DNA from: the human T2T-CHM13v2.0 reference genome, Homo sapiens | Length of the DNA stretch: 64,000 nucleotides | Assembly (NCBI RefSeq): GCF_009914755.1 | Contig: NC_060932.1 | Direction: 5' to 3' (one strand) | Shown: in pieces, positions 61,573 to 64,000 of the stretch | Layout of the letters: the number at the start of each line of letters is the position of its first letter | Position numbering within the stretch: position 1 is the first letter of the stretch | The notes under the pieces: generated by a model | Seen by the model: only the letters and a program-made list of their open reading frames with translations | What the model was told of the DNA's origin: nothing | Databases searched by the model: none | Made by a program: the position numbers and the translations under genes

Positions 61573-62592
61573 TGAAGGGGTGGCCTGCCCCTCCACACCT
61601 GTGGGTATTTCTAGTCAGGTGGGATGAGAGACAAAAAAGAAATAAGACACAAAGTATAGAGAAACAACAGTGAGCCCAGGGGACCGGCGCTCAACATACC
61701 AAGGACCTGCACTGGCACCGTTCTCTGAGTTCCCTCAGTTTTTATTGATTATTATCTTCATTATTTCAGCAAAAAGGAATGTAGTAGGAGGGCAGGGTGA
61801 TAATAAGGAGAAGGTCAGCAACAAACATGTGACTAATAGAATCTATGTCATAATGAAGTTGAAGGGAAGGTACTATGACTGGACGTGCACGTAAGCCAGA
61901 TTTATGTTTCTCTGCACCCAGACATCTCAGTGGAGTAAAGAATAACAAGGCAGCATTGCTGCAAACATGTCTCACTTCTCACCATAGGGCGGTATTTCTC
62001 CCATCTCAGAACTGAACAAATGTACAATCGGGTTTTATACCGAGACATTCAGTTCCCAGGGGCAGGCAGGAGACAGTGGCCTTCCTCTATCTCAACTGCA
62101 AGAGGCTTTCCACTTTGACTAATCCACCTCAGCACAGACCCTTTATGGGTGTCGGGCTGGGGGACCATCAGGTCTTTCTCATCCCACGAGGCCACTTTTC
62201 AGACTATCACATGGGGAGAAATCTTGGACAATACCCAGCTTTCAAGGGCAGGGCTCCCTGCGGCTTTCCACAGTGCATTGTGCCCCTGGTTTATTCAGAC
62301 TAGAGAATGGCGATGACTTTTACCAAGTATATTGCTTTCAAACATTTTGTTAACAAGGCACGTCCTGCACAGCCCTACATGCCTTAAACCTTGATTTCAT
62401 ACAACACATGTATTTGAGCTCCAGGTTTGGTCAAAGTGGTGGGGGCAAAGTGGCTGGGGCAAAGCTACAGATTAACAACATCTCAGCAAAGCAATTGTTT
62501 AAAGTACAGGTTTTTTTCAAAATGGAGTCTCTTATGTCTTCCCTTTCTATGTAGACACAGTAAGAGTCTGATCTCTCTTTCTTTTCCCTACA
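61573..62592 (-). mobile_element. HERV-K(HML-2) 3' LTR, LTR5A/5B type
   Basis: Minus strand TGTAGGGAAAAGAAAGAGAGATCAG...CCACCCCTTCA, preceded by the polypurine tract AAAAGGGGGATA. Confidence 0.93.
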
Positions 62593-63483
62593 TATCCCCC
62601 TTTTCGTTTTGACAAAACCACCACCATCATCATGGCCCCTTCTCGCTGGTCGCTGTCTCTCTGGAGCTGCTGGATACACCTGTAGACTAATAATAGAAAA
62701 GACAGACAGACAAGGATTAATACAAAATTTACAATAATGGAATTTCCGGTGGTTTTAACCCAAGTGACGGGGGCAAGAGGACGGTGTGGGTACTTCGGTA
62801 CCCGGGCAGTCTCCCACCTCCTTTGTGTCTTAGTTGCTGTTTCTCATAGTTTTCAGTCTTTCTCCTCACCTGCTCACTCGCACCTTTTATCTCTTTGTCT
62901 CCCTTCTCTTATGGTCTCTCTCTCTCTCTTTTACACTATCTCTCTCCCCAGTCTCACTTTTTGTGTCTGTCTCTGATCTCTGTCTCTTTTTCTTTCTATT
63001 CCTCGTCCTGGCTCTCCACATGTGCCATTTTCTTGGTGGATGGTAACTTCATCTCTTCTTCTGATATCACCATTTTGTTCACCCTGCGAGTCGATGATGC
63101 TCGATTGCGTGTTTTCTGTCTCTGCGGAGGCACTTTCATTTGCATCTCTGATAGGTTCATTGTAGAACTTCAAATGTCTAGTGGGTATCCAAACAGGAAG
63201 CTGATTTTCTTCTGGTGAAACACGAACAAAACCTCTCCCCCATGTTATCACTTTACCTATTTCCCATGTTTTGTTTTGTTGTCTTTCCACCAAATCAATT
63301 TTCACTCATGTGGGCTGTTCTTTTCACCAGTAAAATGTTCTGCAGAAGTAGTGGTCTCATTTCTATGTATGTTTAGAAAATTTAAAGTATAGAGTGTTAG
63401 ATTAAGTTGCATCTGGGAAGTGTTATACTCCTTACTGTCTGTTTCCTTTTTTTGTTTAACCAATTGAGCTTTGAGTGTTCTAA
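62593..63483 (-). mobile_element. HML-2 internal remnant: integrase C-terminus, env/rec start, env TM end
   Basis: [27 protein letters not shown]; [31 protein letters not shown]; env ATG at 63160 MNLSEMQ..KLPSTKK; TM-like PVTWVKT; rec/np9 last-exon acceptor at 62687. Confidence 0.9.
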
Positions 63484-64000
63484 GCAGGACAGGTAAGATC
63501 TGCGTCTGGCACAGCCAGCCAGGTCTCCTTACCCTCGGCCTCCCTTTCTGCCTGTGACTGAATGGGTATGTCATGGTCTAGTAGGGGATCCAGGAGGAGG
63601 AAGCCTCATTAACTTCTATTCTGCAGCAATTGATGGCCACCCAACTTGAACAGTGGGGGCTTATCACCTCATGTATTAAGACCGGAGATAGCTGATGCCA
63701 AGGTTGGCTAAATTAGTAGCATGAGATGTTAGGTTTTTCATTTGAGGTTTCTATGGTGCTATTGCCTTCTGCTCTTGGTCACAGAGGCTGCCACAATCCG
63801 CATGTCAAGTCCTCATGTGACAATATCCAGACACAGCAAGGAAGAGGTACAGTGTATTCCTGCATGTTTCTTAAAAAAATATTTTTGATAGAGAATAATT
63901 GTACAGATTTTTGGGTTCCATGTGAGGTTCCGGTACATGCATGCAATGTGTAATGATCAAATCAGGGTCTTTAGGATATTAATCACCTCAAACATTGATC

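Overview
This is primate (human or great-ape) genomic DNA with no intact protein-coding gene; nearly all ORFs in the track come from repeats. In order: a SATR1/SATR2-type ~73-bp satellite (1-10.4 kb) interrupted by a truncated HERV-E-group provirus; an Alu/L1-rich stretch with an HML-2 solo LTR5; a VPS51 retrocopy; a HERV-L fragment; a CpG island with a first-exon-like segment; RPS24 and RPS3A processed pseudogenes; and a rearranged HML-2 3' end. From memory, this content matches the multi-copy OR7E/FAM86/ALG1L segmental-duplication family, but I cannot tell which copy. I cannot demonstrate a new biological system. The most unusual signals are mechanistic fossils: a whole tRNA-Glu copied in at the HERV-E primer-binding site in place of the leader, a VPS51 retrocopy apparently spliced onto L1 sequence, an HML-2 env replaced by ~250 bp of foreign DNA, and a templated insertion of RPS24P sequence into a neighbouring Alu. 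Repeat subfamily names and boundaries are by eye and approximate.
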